Below, piece by piece: positions 14,400 through 28,149 of a stretch of DNA of 64,000 nt. Under the pieces are notes generated by a model. The model searched no databases. It saw only the letters and a program-made list of their open reading frames with translations, and had not been told where the DNA came from. The stretch lies in assembly GCF_009914755.1 (NCBI RefSeq), contig NC_060932.1; one strand, given 5' to 3'. The DNA comes from the human T2T-CHM13v2.0 reference genome, Homo sapiens. Every line of letters starts with the position of its first letter. The first letter of the stretch is position 1. The position numbers and the translations under genes were made by a program.

Positions 14400-15275
14400 A
14401 CTTCTGCTTGGACAAGATGGCATGGACTAATTACTTTCTGCTGTCCCTCATACATACCCCTATAAACCCTGAAATAAAGCAAGAGGAACCAAAAGAGAAC
14501 TGTGAAAAGGGTACATAGGAAGGTGGAATGGTTAGGAACCTGAGGGCTGGAGGAACAGCTTAGCAGCAGGGCTCCTTGCAATTCCACACTTAACAGAATA
14601 AGGAGCATTTCTTCACTCCCAAAGTAGCAAGAGAAGGTGGCCCATGTAGGTTATTTCTTCCCCTGATTGAACAGTAGCTACACCAACAACACCAAGAGAA
14701 GCCAGAGACATAGGCCAGGGGAATTGACGATTCTCACTGGCAATACATGGTTAGGGGACATGCTTTCCTTCCCTGCCAGACTTGAGACTCCCTTTCTCCA
14801 CTAAAGATGCTAGGAGAGCTGAGTGGCGACAATGAATCTACCTCAGCGGCAAGAAAGAATCTACTTCAAAACATCAGGAAGGAACACAGAAAAACAGAAA
14901 GAACAGAAATATGGGTATATACAATGGACTATCCTCACGAGCTTTAGAAATGCTATCTAACTATTGAAACAAAAGTTATAGCACCATCTGATACTCAATA
15001 ATATTTAAAAGTAGGGAAACTAAAGGGTCCAAAATGGAAGTAAGGTATCTATACTTTACTCCAAGTGGTAAATGTTGATATTAATAAAACAGTCTGCTGA
15101 ATGTGGTACAATATACATATACATATTGTAACAGGAAGATCAGTCACTAATAAAACTATACAAAGAGATAGACTCAAAAGCACTATAAATAAAAGCAAGA
15201 CAATTCAATGAGGGAGAGAATAGTCTTTTTAACAAATGGTGTTCAGACAACTATATACACATATGCAAAAGAAAT
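14400..15275 (+). mobile_element. Old L1M fragments
   Basis: A-rich L1-like text ending in the ORF2 phrase AGTCTTTTTAACAAATGGTGTTCAGACAACT...ATATGCAAAAGAA. Confidence 0.5.
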
Positions 15276-15694
15276 TAAAGTTGAGTATTTTAAAACATCT
15301 TAATGTAATATTATAAAATATTTATTCCATCGAATGTGTTTTCCTTAACATGCATTTGCTTTGTAAATCAGGGACTAATAATCTGGACCTTCTAGCTCTT
15401 CTTTAAAAATCAGAAAATTCATCGAGTAGACTTTAATTTCCACATGGCAACAATAGGTAGGAGTAAATTAGCACCTTCCCTCTTAAGTGAGCCAAATTTC
15501 AGTTTCCCCATACTCACTTGGGAATTCCTTAGTGAGGTACGGATGGGTGTCCAAGAAAGATGATATTTCCATTATCCTTGGGGAAAACTTTAGTAACATG
15601 TCCACATACGTGTGTAATAAAATAACCAAATGGAAATTTATTTGTAGATTTTCTTTACTTATCACAGCTAATTAACATTTAAATATTTCTTCAG

Positions 15695-15861
15695 CTTAAA
15701 GATGGAGCCTAAGAACAAAGGATTAAAACAGCAGCAACAGCAACATAAGAAACTCCTGGCCGCAATGCTCTCTCAAGATTCTTTTGAGTCCATCCACAGC
15801 CCTACCCCATCTGTAACAGAAGAAGATATTGATAATGAAGATGATGCAATGGAATTGCTGG
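15695..15861 (+). CDS. C8orf34: C8orf34 internal coding exon (167 nt, phase 2 to phase 1)
   Basis: TTTCTTCAG acceptor and TGG/GTAATT donor; translates (S)[55 protein letters not shown], continuing the frame of the 4502 exon. Confidence 0.93.
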
Positions 15862-17057
15862 GTAATTTTAAAAATTAATAATTTCTCATTTTCTTCTTTG
15901 ACATTGTAAAAAAAACGTGTGGTGATTAAGAGATTTTAAAAGTTTTGAATAGCCTTGTCTTAGGGAAAAGAAACCATTTAGTACATATTTTATTTACATT
16001 AGACTCACATAAAGTTGCATGTAAGAACTAAATTGAAATACCCTAAGCATATGAATATTTATTAGACTGTATTTTGTGCTTTGTGTATGCTGCACTTTAC
16101 CTTCTGACTACGTAATGAAGCGTTATTCTGTGTGCAACTGTGATCAAAATTCAAGTCTGTCTGCTTTATTCTCTGATAATAATTGCCTTGTTTACATCTA
16201 TTGTCTATAAAATATACCCAAAGTACATATTTCAGCCCTCACTCCAAAATGTCTACCTTTTATTTTGAGGATGCTTTAGAAAAATAGAATAAAGTTGAAA
16301 GGGGCAGATAGTAAATTCAGGTTTTATGTTTTCCGTAAATGACGGGAAAGTTTGCAGAGATTTCAAAGTTTCTTCAGGCCTGTTACTTTCATGAAACCTT
16401 ATTAATCTTGTATATGTAGGATATCTTTTTATATTTTTTAATGTAGTATATGTATGTTTTTGCTTCATCAGAAATCTCTTCATATAAATTTTTAAACTGA
16501 ACTTCTCTTTGGAACATCATTTTTCTGAAGAAAGAAAATGAAATGTTATTTCAGAGTGATCCACATATAAAACAATGAGTTTTGAAGTCAGTGGTATCAA
16601 TTATTCTGCTACAAATAAAGAGTATGATTTTCAAATACTTTATAACAATATGCTGTTGTATTTTATTTAGAAAGAGAATAAATAATATAATTATTTGAAA
16701 GCCTTAAACACGTTTTACATATAGAATATGGAATCTCAGAAAAATATAGGCCATTTTCTGAAGTTTTTGTTAAAAATGAGATTCCTTGGTTTTAAGTGTT
16801 TATGGCAGTAAAATACTATCATTATAAAAAATGATATATTGCTTATCATTTTTGCATAGGCCTACAAAGGTGTTATTTGGTCAATGGTGACAGGTTTGAA
16901 AGATGTTTTCTGATGCTGTAAAAACTGCATTCATGCTAACATTAAGGAGATTGTATCATGGCGTTTTCATTACATGCTGTTGGTCCCTTCCAATTGGGTC
17001 TTTTCCTCACCTCCAAATCATTAACATGGCAGACGTGCCCTATGTGGCAGTGGTAGC

Positions 17058-17350
17058 TTCATTCAACAAACATTTACTGAGCACTTACTCTATGCTAAGC
17101 ACTTGGCTGGGGTCTGGGAACATAAAAATAAAATCATTGTGATCTGTGTTTGAAGGAATTTTACATTGTAATGTTCAAGATACAATACGTCACTACCTGT
17201 GCTAACTGCGCTAATTGGATGAAGCACACAGTTGTGTATAGGGGTAACACCTAAAGCAGAGGTAAGGGACAGTGACCCAGGAATGTTTCCTAGAGAAGCC
17301 GATTCCTCTGGCTAGTCCTGAAAAGCAAATAGATGTAAGCTCAGCAGGTG
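17058..17350 (-). mobile_element. L2 3' end
   Basis: TTCATTCAACAAACATTTACTGAGCACTTACTCTATGC is the antisense L2 3' terminus. Confidence 0.7.
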
Positions 17351-18809
17351 GGGTGTGGTCATTGTAGGTTTGCTCACGTAGGTATGGGCTGTTTTGCGAT
17401 TGTGCTCCATAACTATACCTGTAAATGGTTCCTCTGCTTTGGACAGTAACAGGGAAGGGGCAACTGAGATCCAGGGTTTCTTTCAGGAGATGCAGTTGTC
17501 CACTCCATGCTGGTACTCCCTAGATCTCAGCTGCCCTGACTGAAGGTTCTAGTCTCCCAAGCTGAAGACCGAGGATTGAGTCTTGGAGACTATCTAATGA
17601 TGAGCAATTAATAACTAGTCCTCATTAATTCTTTTTTTAGACATTTTAGCCTGTGGTCTGAGCAAGTTTAATAATAAGAGATAGTTGAAGGTTTGGACTT
17701 TCTTCATGTAATTCCACATATCTCAGCACAGGTGGCAAGCAGTGTAATAATGTTGGTCTCTAGGTCATGAGATTATCCTCTTATAGCTTGGAATGTTACA
17801 AGTCCACTGGACTTTATCTTAAAATAATGCCATATTCAATTTCTTGTTTTTGAAATGGATTCCAGCAAAATGTATGTGATTGTGTCTATTTCAGAAAAAT
17901 ATAAATGCTAAGTTCTTGGAAATTTATGTGAAATCTAATTTTATAGAGTTTATATAGAATCATTGTAAGATGCAATAGAGACATCTGGTATTTAAAATCT
18001 TTTTGAATCTACATTTTGTAGATGTGTGTGCTATAGCTTATGTGTTTGTAAATGTTTAACTTGTCTTTGTTATCTATACCAAGATATAACTGGCTGAAAA
18101 ATATTTATTATGCATGGAAAGCACTCTGTAAACCTTGTGAAGTGATAAATAAGTGAAAGGTATAATTGTTAGTTGACATTAATATAAAAAAGGATTATTC
18201 TTCAATAAAATTGGTTGATTTGAAGGGAAAAAATCCTTTTAGTTGAACTAGTAGAAGTTAGTAATAACTATTGACTCTTGTTTTGTTTATTAAGGAAACT
18301 AGCATTGTTAATATATACTGATTAATATTTAATTATTCACAGTTGTTTAATTATATATTTGTGGATTTCTTTTCTAAATGTTTTAGGCATATGAAAATAT
18401 TATAGTACAACACCTGTAATTTTTAAGTAGATCAAATATTTTCTGTAAGATTGCTTTAAATGCTCCTTATAAATTCACATTGCAAAAGTAACTTAATATG
18501 GAATTAACACTTGTCAGATAATAAAACAGCCAAACTTGTGAATTTTTAAGATATAATCATTTTAAGCACCTCTGAAATTGGTGCTGTAATTATAGAAGAT
18601 ACTGAGTAAAGTATCTGCCAAGTCATCTCATGCTCAAATATAAGATATTTTCAAATATTTTAGTACAAATATTTTAGTAATCGTTCTGGCAATTAATGAC
18701 CACTATGAAAAAAAGGTTATAGAAAATCTTCACATATTTTTTAAAATTAATAAAATAAATGATTTTCAAAAATGGAATGACAAGTTACAATGGTAGAATG
18801 AGAGATTTA

Positions 18810-19110
<301 letters not shown>

Positions 19111-20964
19111 AAGATCTATAAAAATCCCTGTATATTTTACTACATTAATTATCAGAGAACATTTGAGGAACTTCGTTAGTTTAAAAGGTATTTCACCTTG
19201 GAAACATGTGCCCATTTTTCTTACATTAGATGCATTTTAATCTTATTCTTGTTGAAAGGCGAGTTTCAGTCACGTTTTTGATTATTCTCTTTATGATTGA
19301 TATTCATTTAAAAATATCAGTATTATTTGAAAGATATAACTACTTTTCTTATACATTCTAATATGGGTATTACTATCCCATACAATTTGTAAAAGTTTAT
19401 AAAAAATGTATTATGCTTTCTCAGAATTGATGATGAGGCAAGTATATAAAAATCAAATTCCAAAGATGCTAAAAAGGAAAACAATATTAATTATGTTTTA
19501 TACTTTTTGGTCTTAGCCTATAATTATATAAAATCCAAAATCAAAAGTAAAATTACATTGCGACAAGGTGATTGCAAGTACATTTTATCTGTTTTAAAAT
19601 GAATAATCAAGAACAAGTGTAATTATACTGGGATTCTTTGCTGAATATAGTCATTGAGTTTCTATTACCTCAATATGTTACCAAATTTTGTAAAATAAAA
19701 ACAATTTACTAGAAGGAGTTAATACATTAAGGTGATCATTTGACACTTTCTTTCTTATATTCTGATCAACTTTTATAAAGTAAATATTCACTCTTTGTTC
19801 TGTTTTTTAAATTGGAGGCTTCTTAAAGAAGAATGTGCCCACATTGGCAAAATAAGAACAAGCATTTTGCCTAATGAGAAATGAATGCTGTCACTGAATG
19901 ATGTAAAATTTCTTTAAAAAGGAGAGAGAGGGAGCACTAAATGTTTAAAGAAAAATCTACCTACCTATCCATGTACCTATATTTTAATAAAGTATGTAAA
20001 ATAATCTAAAACACAAGGGACTATACATAGAAACTCTTTTTATCTCTTTGTTTCTTTTGATCTTTAGAATATTGCTCATTGGAAGTAATCAGGATAACAG
20101 AAAAGTTATCACCTTAAAATGAATGTTCTTCATAAAAAAGATTATTCATAAGAAATCTAAGGACTTTCTTTTTATTTTCTTTTTTTTTTTAAAGAGATCA
20201 AGTCTTGCTTTGGCTAATGCAGTTTGTATCACTTTCTTATGTCCTCCTTCCTGATATATTTTATAGGAGCACTTGAAAAATGAACTGCTTAGAGTAGAAA
20301 AAATCACATAAATTATAAAGTAATTCTAGCATAGACTTGAGAAAATGGTTTCTTTATGATTCATTTTCATCATATTATCATGTTAAAAAGCTTTATTTAG
20401 GATTCTTTCTTTGCTTTTGCTAAATGTATCTCAGTCCCTTTTATTACCTTCTAGATTTACTTGTTTTGTGTTTAGAATTGTTTTGTTTTTCATACCCTTC
20501 ATTCTTCACTTTTGTTTTTTTCAGCAAAATATCAAAACATTTGCAAATCGTAGAGATTATCCTTTAAATAAATACAAATCTGCATGCCACCAAAATATAT
20601 ACATCATCCTATGTGATTTACTTTTATGGTGTTTAGTAAGAAATATTGCTTTATTTTCTTGTAAAAAATTTCCAGTGGTAAAAATAAATCAACATAGTAG
20701 AATAAACGTCAATAGTTTGAAAATGAAATCTAAACCCATAAACAAATTATTGACAAATGCCTTTTATCTCAATTATACACCTATTGGAAAATTTCTTTAT
20801 AAGACACAGCCATTTCCAATATATTTGTGAAAAGAGTTGTTTAAAACCTATTTATCACTTTGAATAAGTTCCACGTTTTTTGACACATACCAATAACATA
20901 GAATAATATATTTTTTCTTGTTTATGTTATAGCTTTTCACTGAGTACCTTGTAAAGGCATGAGA

Positions 20965-21190
20965 CACAGTGTGATTGGCATATGTGGTGGTGTTAGTGGT
21001 ATATGGCCAAAGCACCAGCTTATACTCTAATGACCCAGGTCTAGACCTCATGCTACCTCTTGCTAATATTGTCCCCTCAGGTACACGTAATTAATTGTAA
21101 AGTGCTGGTGACTACATATGACCTTCCTACTCAACAGGGATGTTGAGAGGATAAAAAAAAAATGAGATATTTCTCTAAAGTGCTTTTTTT
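20965..21190 (+). mobile_element. MIR (degenerate)
   Basis: CCTACTCAACAGGGATGTTGAGAGGATAAA...ATGAGATA...TAAAGTGCTT resembles the MIR 3' part. Confidence 0.5.
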
Positions 21191-22217
21191 TTTTCTTTTT
21201 GTCATGGCTAACAGGAATATTTGACAAAAGACAATAGAATTTCTATACAAAACTTTTCTTCTAGATAAATTTATATCCTTGAACCCAGATACATTTTGTA
21301 TGCTACAGACAAAGGAAAAAAAAAGCTTTCTTTAGCTTTGGGAAGTTGCCTAAAAACAGCAAAAATGTATGTTTCCCACAACACAATAAAATTAAAGGCT
21401 TGAAAAGATAAGAGGTAAAGCTATATGTTTTTGCAAGCCAAAATGTTGGCTATACCAACACAAAGCACTAAATTTTTCATTTTTAACTTGGATATTAAAG
21501 CAAGGATAGATGATTTGGTTAAGGATGTATAGAAAATTATTCTACTGTCTTTCATTTTCCTCTGTGTAAATGTATAATTCCTAGGAGGAAAAGAAAAATG
21601 TTTTCTGCCTACATATGTATCTCTAGTAGCAAAAGTTGGGCTTAGGGTAGGAATAAGGTGGAAAGACAAGGAGATATAGAGAAATTAGAAATTTGTACTA
21701 TATGTTTACATGCTTATGTAAATAAAATTATAAAAGTGTTGAAAATCTGTTCTTAAAAATTTCTTGAATTATATTTATAAATATGAAAATGTTTGAAGCA
21801 GCACAATTTGATGGTTTCACATTAATTCACTGTGTAAACAAACCTAAACTAAATTGAAAAGCAGTGTTACATATTATTAAGGTATTGTTGCTTTTGAAAT
21901 AAACTTGCCCACTTCAAATGCTTTATAAAATGGTGATGCTATATTTCAAGATCATTTGTTTAGCCATAGTAGTAATTTTCATCTAACTTGACTGAGTTTA
22001 AATTTTGTACTCTATTTAAAAGTCATTTGAAAGCAGTGCAAAATCATAACTTTATTGTAGTTTTATTCGTGGTTGAAAATGTGCAAAGAAGTGTAATTAA
22101 TTCAGCACTTGGTTGCATTTTAACATCAAAACCAACAGATATTAAAGAAGCATTAAAACTCTTGATGAACTTATTAAAAATCAAATGTATAACTATAGGA
22201 ATCCATTTAAATTTTCA

Positions 22218-22591
<374 letters not shown>

Positions 22592-23275
22592 TTAATACTA
22601 AATACATGTTAACGGAAGAGTGGGCACAAAACTTGTCAATTATTTTCAACATCTGAAAAAATGGCAGCTTTTATGAGGTTTTATTCAAGTATTTTTAAAA
22701 AGAATATTATAAACACATTTTCAAAATCCCAAATGGTAAACTAGTCCTATGTGTGAATTATTTTTGAAATGAAAATCTTATGATTTTTCTTTTAAAAATG
22801 TCTTATGTTCAACAATTTCAGAGAGAAAATAATCATAACAATATTAAATATTTTTTTAAATTGCTCTGAAACTATTAAATAGAGGAGCACTAAAGAACAA
22901 AATGGAAAAAATATAAGTGTTCTAATTAAGGTAAATCAAAATCTAGTGATTTTATTTTACTTTTCAATTTTTTGGTTTATGTCTGCAAAAGACAGTTGAA
23001 GGTCTTATTTTAATAAATGATGTATTTCTTATATCTAGTATGAACTTAAAATTTCATATACAATTTTATGTATTTATTTTTTATCTCTGGCACTTAATGA
23101 CAGAAAAAATTTCATATATAGTTTTAATTTCTTTAAAACTTTTTCAAGAATTGTCAAAAGAGGATTTGTTGGACTAGCGCTTTTTCACTTCTTAAGTGCT
23201 CTCATATGCTGTCATAGTTACTTTTTGATTACAGACATTTTGAGAGGACTCTGTATTTAAAGAGTTTAAAATAGA

Positions 23276-23640
<365 letters not shown>

Positions 23641-23654
23641 TTATATGGAAGAGA

Positions 23655-23880
23655 AAATAGCATAATATTAGAAGTAATAATAGCGTGACCTTTGTGTTCA
23701 GATAGCCCTTGTTTGAAGCTTCGCCACCGACCCTAATTATATGATTTAGGGAAAGTAACTTTTTTCCTTCAAGTATCAGTCCATTATCAGAAAAATGGAA
23801 TTAATAACAATACTCATATCTTAGGGTTTCGTGAGGATGAAGTAAAATCATGCATGGAAGGTACTCAGTATATCTGATAA
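23655..23880 (+). mobile_element. MIR
   Basis: AAAATGGAATTAATAACAATACTCATATCTTAGGGTTTCGTGAGGATGAAGT MIR core/3' region. Confidence 0.6.
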
Positions 23881-23894
23881 AGAATTAGAGCTAG

Positions 23895-24223
<329 letters not shown>

Positions 24224-24715
24224 TTACTATAATTCATATCATTTTAATACCAACGCCTCTCCTGTCTTTAGCATGTAAGTTTCGTGCATGTTATAAAGTA
24301 AGACCATAGAAGTTTGGCCTTAGGGGTTTAAATGCTTAGTCTTATCCTAAATATCTCAGTTAGAAATGCTCCACATAGTTAGAAATTATTTCAACAAGTA
24401 CCATCTTCTTGATAGTTAAGTCTTACTTCTAATTTCTTCCCTTCTTTTAAAGATCACAGACAACTTTCTGAAAAGATCATGGCATAGAACTTGAATTTTC
24501 CCTAATGTGTTAGAATGAATCTTGGCCTATTCACTTATTTAAAGACAGTACACTCATTATAAAAGAACATTATCATGTTCAAATTTTTCATGTAGTTTGA
24601 CTGAACCAATTATTTTAAACAATTTGAAATATTCAAGCTTTTTATTTAAAAAGTATCAAAAGGTAAAATGATATATCTGGTTTTCTATTATATGTATATG
24701 CATTTGTTTTTGTTA

Positions 24716-24785
24716 TTAGGTGGGTGCAAAAGAAATTGCAGTTTTGCCACTACTTTTAATGGCAATTACTTTTGCACCAACCTAA
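24716..24785. mobile_element. MADE1 (Hsmar1 mariner MITE)
   Basis: TTAGGTGGGTGCAAAAGAAATTGC...GCAATTACTTTTGCACCAACCTAA terminal inverted repeats, TA on both sides, short internal deletion. Confidence 0.92.
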
Positions 24786-26209
24786 TACAAGGTTACTTGT
24801 CTCCCTGATTTATAGTCATAGACACTCTGGGGTTTTCCTGTAGCATGGAAAAGATGGTATTGGGCTTGTAGAAACGTACAACTTGATTGGCCCCCATGAA
24901 TTCCAACTTACAGTGGGAATGGAATGTGCAGAATTCCAAGCCTGCCTCAAAGAAATAAACATTTTCCAAAGCTTATACAGGCTATACACTACCTTTGTAT
25001 TACAATGCATTCTCTTATCTTCTCACAATACAGAGAATCCACATCTAATAATATAAGAAATATATCAAGAGATGTCAGGGAAAAGGGACAAAACTTTTCC
25101 TTTCTTTTCTTTTTTTCTCCCAGGTTACATCTGATTTGCTTATCTTTTCTTTACGGACTTTTTGGCATTTATGATCTGAAACTTTCACAGTTAGCATTGG
25201 TAATATTTTGATACCATCTGAGTTCTACATCTTGGTGGCTGAGTTAAGGGCATCTTTTATAGAAAGTAGTTTAAGATAGGAAAGATATCTTTATTCATAT
25301 ATATAGTCTAAACACAAAAGGGCCAAGCAAGTTCTGTGCAACTCTATTTTGATAAGGAAAATTGAGAATGTGAGTGGAGTTATTTTCCAACATAAAGCTT
25401 TCAACTGAGAGATAGAAAGTCTTGAAAACATACATTTTATTTATTTATTTTTATAATCAGTCTCTGCTTATCCAAGAACATACGTTTTTTAAAAACCCAC
25501 CAAAATCACAAAAGCATTTCTTTTACAATAAGGTTTAGATTATTTGCTCATGGAGCTATTTCTTTTTCTGCCAAGTAGCAAACCTGATTGTTCCTTTAGA
25601 AAATGCCATTTTGTTTAAAACATACTCTCTAATCATAAAGAGTAATACCATCATACTATACATATTTAAAAACTTATTCTTTATTTTCCAAGTTGTATTA
25701 TTGCTTTCTCTAGTAAGCAGCAGTTTAAGTAATTTTTCCATAAACAAAGAAAACCAAGTGAGAAAAGCCATATATGGTCATTACTGATCTTAAAATTGTT
25801 TCAGGATCTTAATATTCTTAGTTCTTTCTGCCACTTCGATATTCAAATATGCATATTATTAATATGCTTTCATGGTTTAATACCTTCCTAATAAGCAAAA
25901 AAGTTTAGACATTTGAACAAAGAATGATGCTTTCTGAAAAAACTATTGGCATTTGTAATTCAATATAGGCTAATTTCAGGGCCTTTTAATGTGAAATCAT
26001 CTGAGATTCAAATTTCCTTTTAAATAATATTAATTTTGATTATGAAAAGATATTTAATGTAGAAAGCACAGAAATACAGAAGTCAAAATGAATAAATAAA
26101 TATTACCTTGGAATAATTACTGTTGATGTTTTAGTGATGTGCTTTCTAGATGCTTTTGCATATAGTGCGTGTAGAATAACATTAACATTTATGTACATTT
26201 ACAATATAC

Positions 26210-26390
26210 AATGTACTGTGCTAAATGATTTCTGTATATTACTTAACAATCACAAACATACAGTGGATCAGGCAATATTATTCTCACCACAGAAAAGGAC
26301 ACAGATTCTTGATAAACAAAATTTACCCAGATTACATAGTTGGTACTCAGGAGTCAGATTCCAAAACCTGCAATTAAACACTAACTATGC
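26210..26390 (-). mobile_element. MIR (degenerate)
   Basis: ACTGTGCTAAATG...TTTACCCAGATTACATAG...GGAGTCAGATTCCAAA resembles antisense MIR. Confidence 0.5.
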
Positions 26391-27784
26391 AACACGTAAA
26401 CATTAAAATCCAAATTCATATTAATATTTTATATTTACATGAGTATATATGTAGTTTTCTTCTGATAAAGTTTTTGAATTTAATATAGGGGCTCTGTTTC
26501 CAGTCATAACAGAATAACTGGTAATAACTGGCTGTAACCCTCCACATTGAACAGTTATAAAACTGGACAAAATATCTGAACTTGACTCTTTAGACTCTGA
26601 ACAAAAGGCAGCACAGGTGTTTGGTTCTTGAGAGTAGGGAAATAAACAAGGTGAGCTCTGTGTTTCACCCCGGCTTTCCTCATGGTGACACTCCCCTGGC
26701 CAACTTGTTTGAAAGTGGAACTCAGGTGTAGAATGAAGAGTGGTGATCCCACAGACCTAAGGAGCAAGAGACTGGCATTTGGGATTGCTGAGGTGACTGG
26801 TGTTTGTTGAACACCAAAAGAAGAAAGCTGAGAAGAGGGTATGGACATAGTCTACAGGGGTGCTCCTCTTGGGTTCGTAGCTCAATACTGGGATGCTCTT
26901 ACAAGAGCAGGACCACTCAAGACCTGAGAGAATGCTTATTGTGTCTGAGAAGTGAATAGAGAAACAGAAACCAAACTGAGCTGGGACACATCGTAGAGCT
27001 TTTACCCAGCAAGAAAGAATAAATCTCCCTGAATTTCTTGGTCACTCAAAGGAAACCTTGGAAAAGTCAAATATTAGGGACACACACTGAATTGACAGCC
27101 ATGCCTAAGAATGAGGAAAGCGTTTAAATAGACCCAACTAAACCCATGAGTACAAAGGTGAAGTTGATCTGTCCATAATTTAATTCCTGACAGAACAAAA
27201 CTCAAAACTCAACATCCTTTAGAGAAGACCACATAAGCCAGCATCCTTAAAAAGAATCAACAGAAAGTAAACAATAGAAACAGACCTCAATATATGCAAC
27301 TGTTGTAATTAGCTAACAAAGACTTGTAAAAAGGAATTATTGTACATATTGTATGCATTTAATGGAAAAGAACATAAGGAGTAAATAGATGGAAAATCTC
27401 AGCAGAGAAATTGAAACTAGAAACAGAACCAAAGAAGAGTCTAGAATTGAAAAGTTTAGTATCCAAAATTTTAAAAACCATTTTGTAAGATTGATAGCTT
27501 ATCAAATAATTCGGAAAAAAAATCAGCAAATTTGAAGATACGTCAACAGAAATAATTCAAATTGAAAAGCAAAGATTAAAGAAAAAATAAAACAAGCTTC
27601 ATTGGTCAGTGCAACATACAAAATAATAAGAAATTTTATCAGAATTATGCAGATAATGAAAGAAAAATAATGGAAAAAAACATTTTAAGAAATAATGTCC
27701 ATTTTATCCCCAAATTTGGTTACGAGCATGAATCCATAAGAAGTTCTGGATAAAACAGGATCAGAAAAATACACCTAGCCATAT

Positions 27785-28149
27785 TGATATGGTTTGGCTG
27801 TGTCCCCAACCAAATCTCAACTTGAATTGTAGCTCCCATAATTCCCATCTGTTGTGGGAGGGACCCAGTGGGAGATAATTGAATCCTGGGGGCGGTTTTC
27901 CCCATACTGTTCCCGTGGTAGTGAATAAGTCTCATGAGAGCTGATTATTTTATAAGGGGTTTCCCCTTTCACTTGGCTCTCATTCTGTCTTGTGTGCCAC
28001 CATGTAAGACATGTATTTTGCCTTCCTCCATGATTGTGAGGCCTCCCAAGCCAGGTGACACTGTGAGTCATTAAACTTCTTTTTTTCTTTTTATAAATTA
28101 CCTAGTCACAGGTGTGTCTTTATTAGCAGCATGAAAACAGACTAATATA
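27785..28149 (+). mobile_element. THE1 (MaLR) solo LTR
   Basis: TGATATGGTTTGGCTGTGTCCCC start, AAAACAGACTAATATA end, 5-bp TSD CATAT at 27780-27784 and 28150-28154. Confidence 0.93.

Noticed and set aside
15729-15743. CAG/CAA run encoding five glutamines
   Set aside because: Short and interrupted; not an expansion-prone repeat.
25795-25825. TTTCAGGATCTTAAT, resembling the expected next C8orf34 exon start (EDLN)
   Set aside because: Similarity ends after a few codons, the downstream peptide does not continue and the phase does not fit; the next constitutive exon is not in this window.
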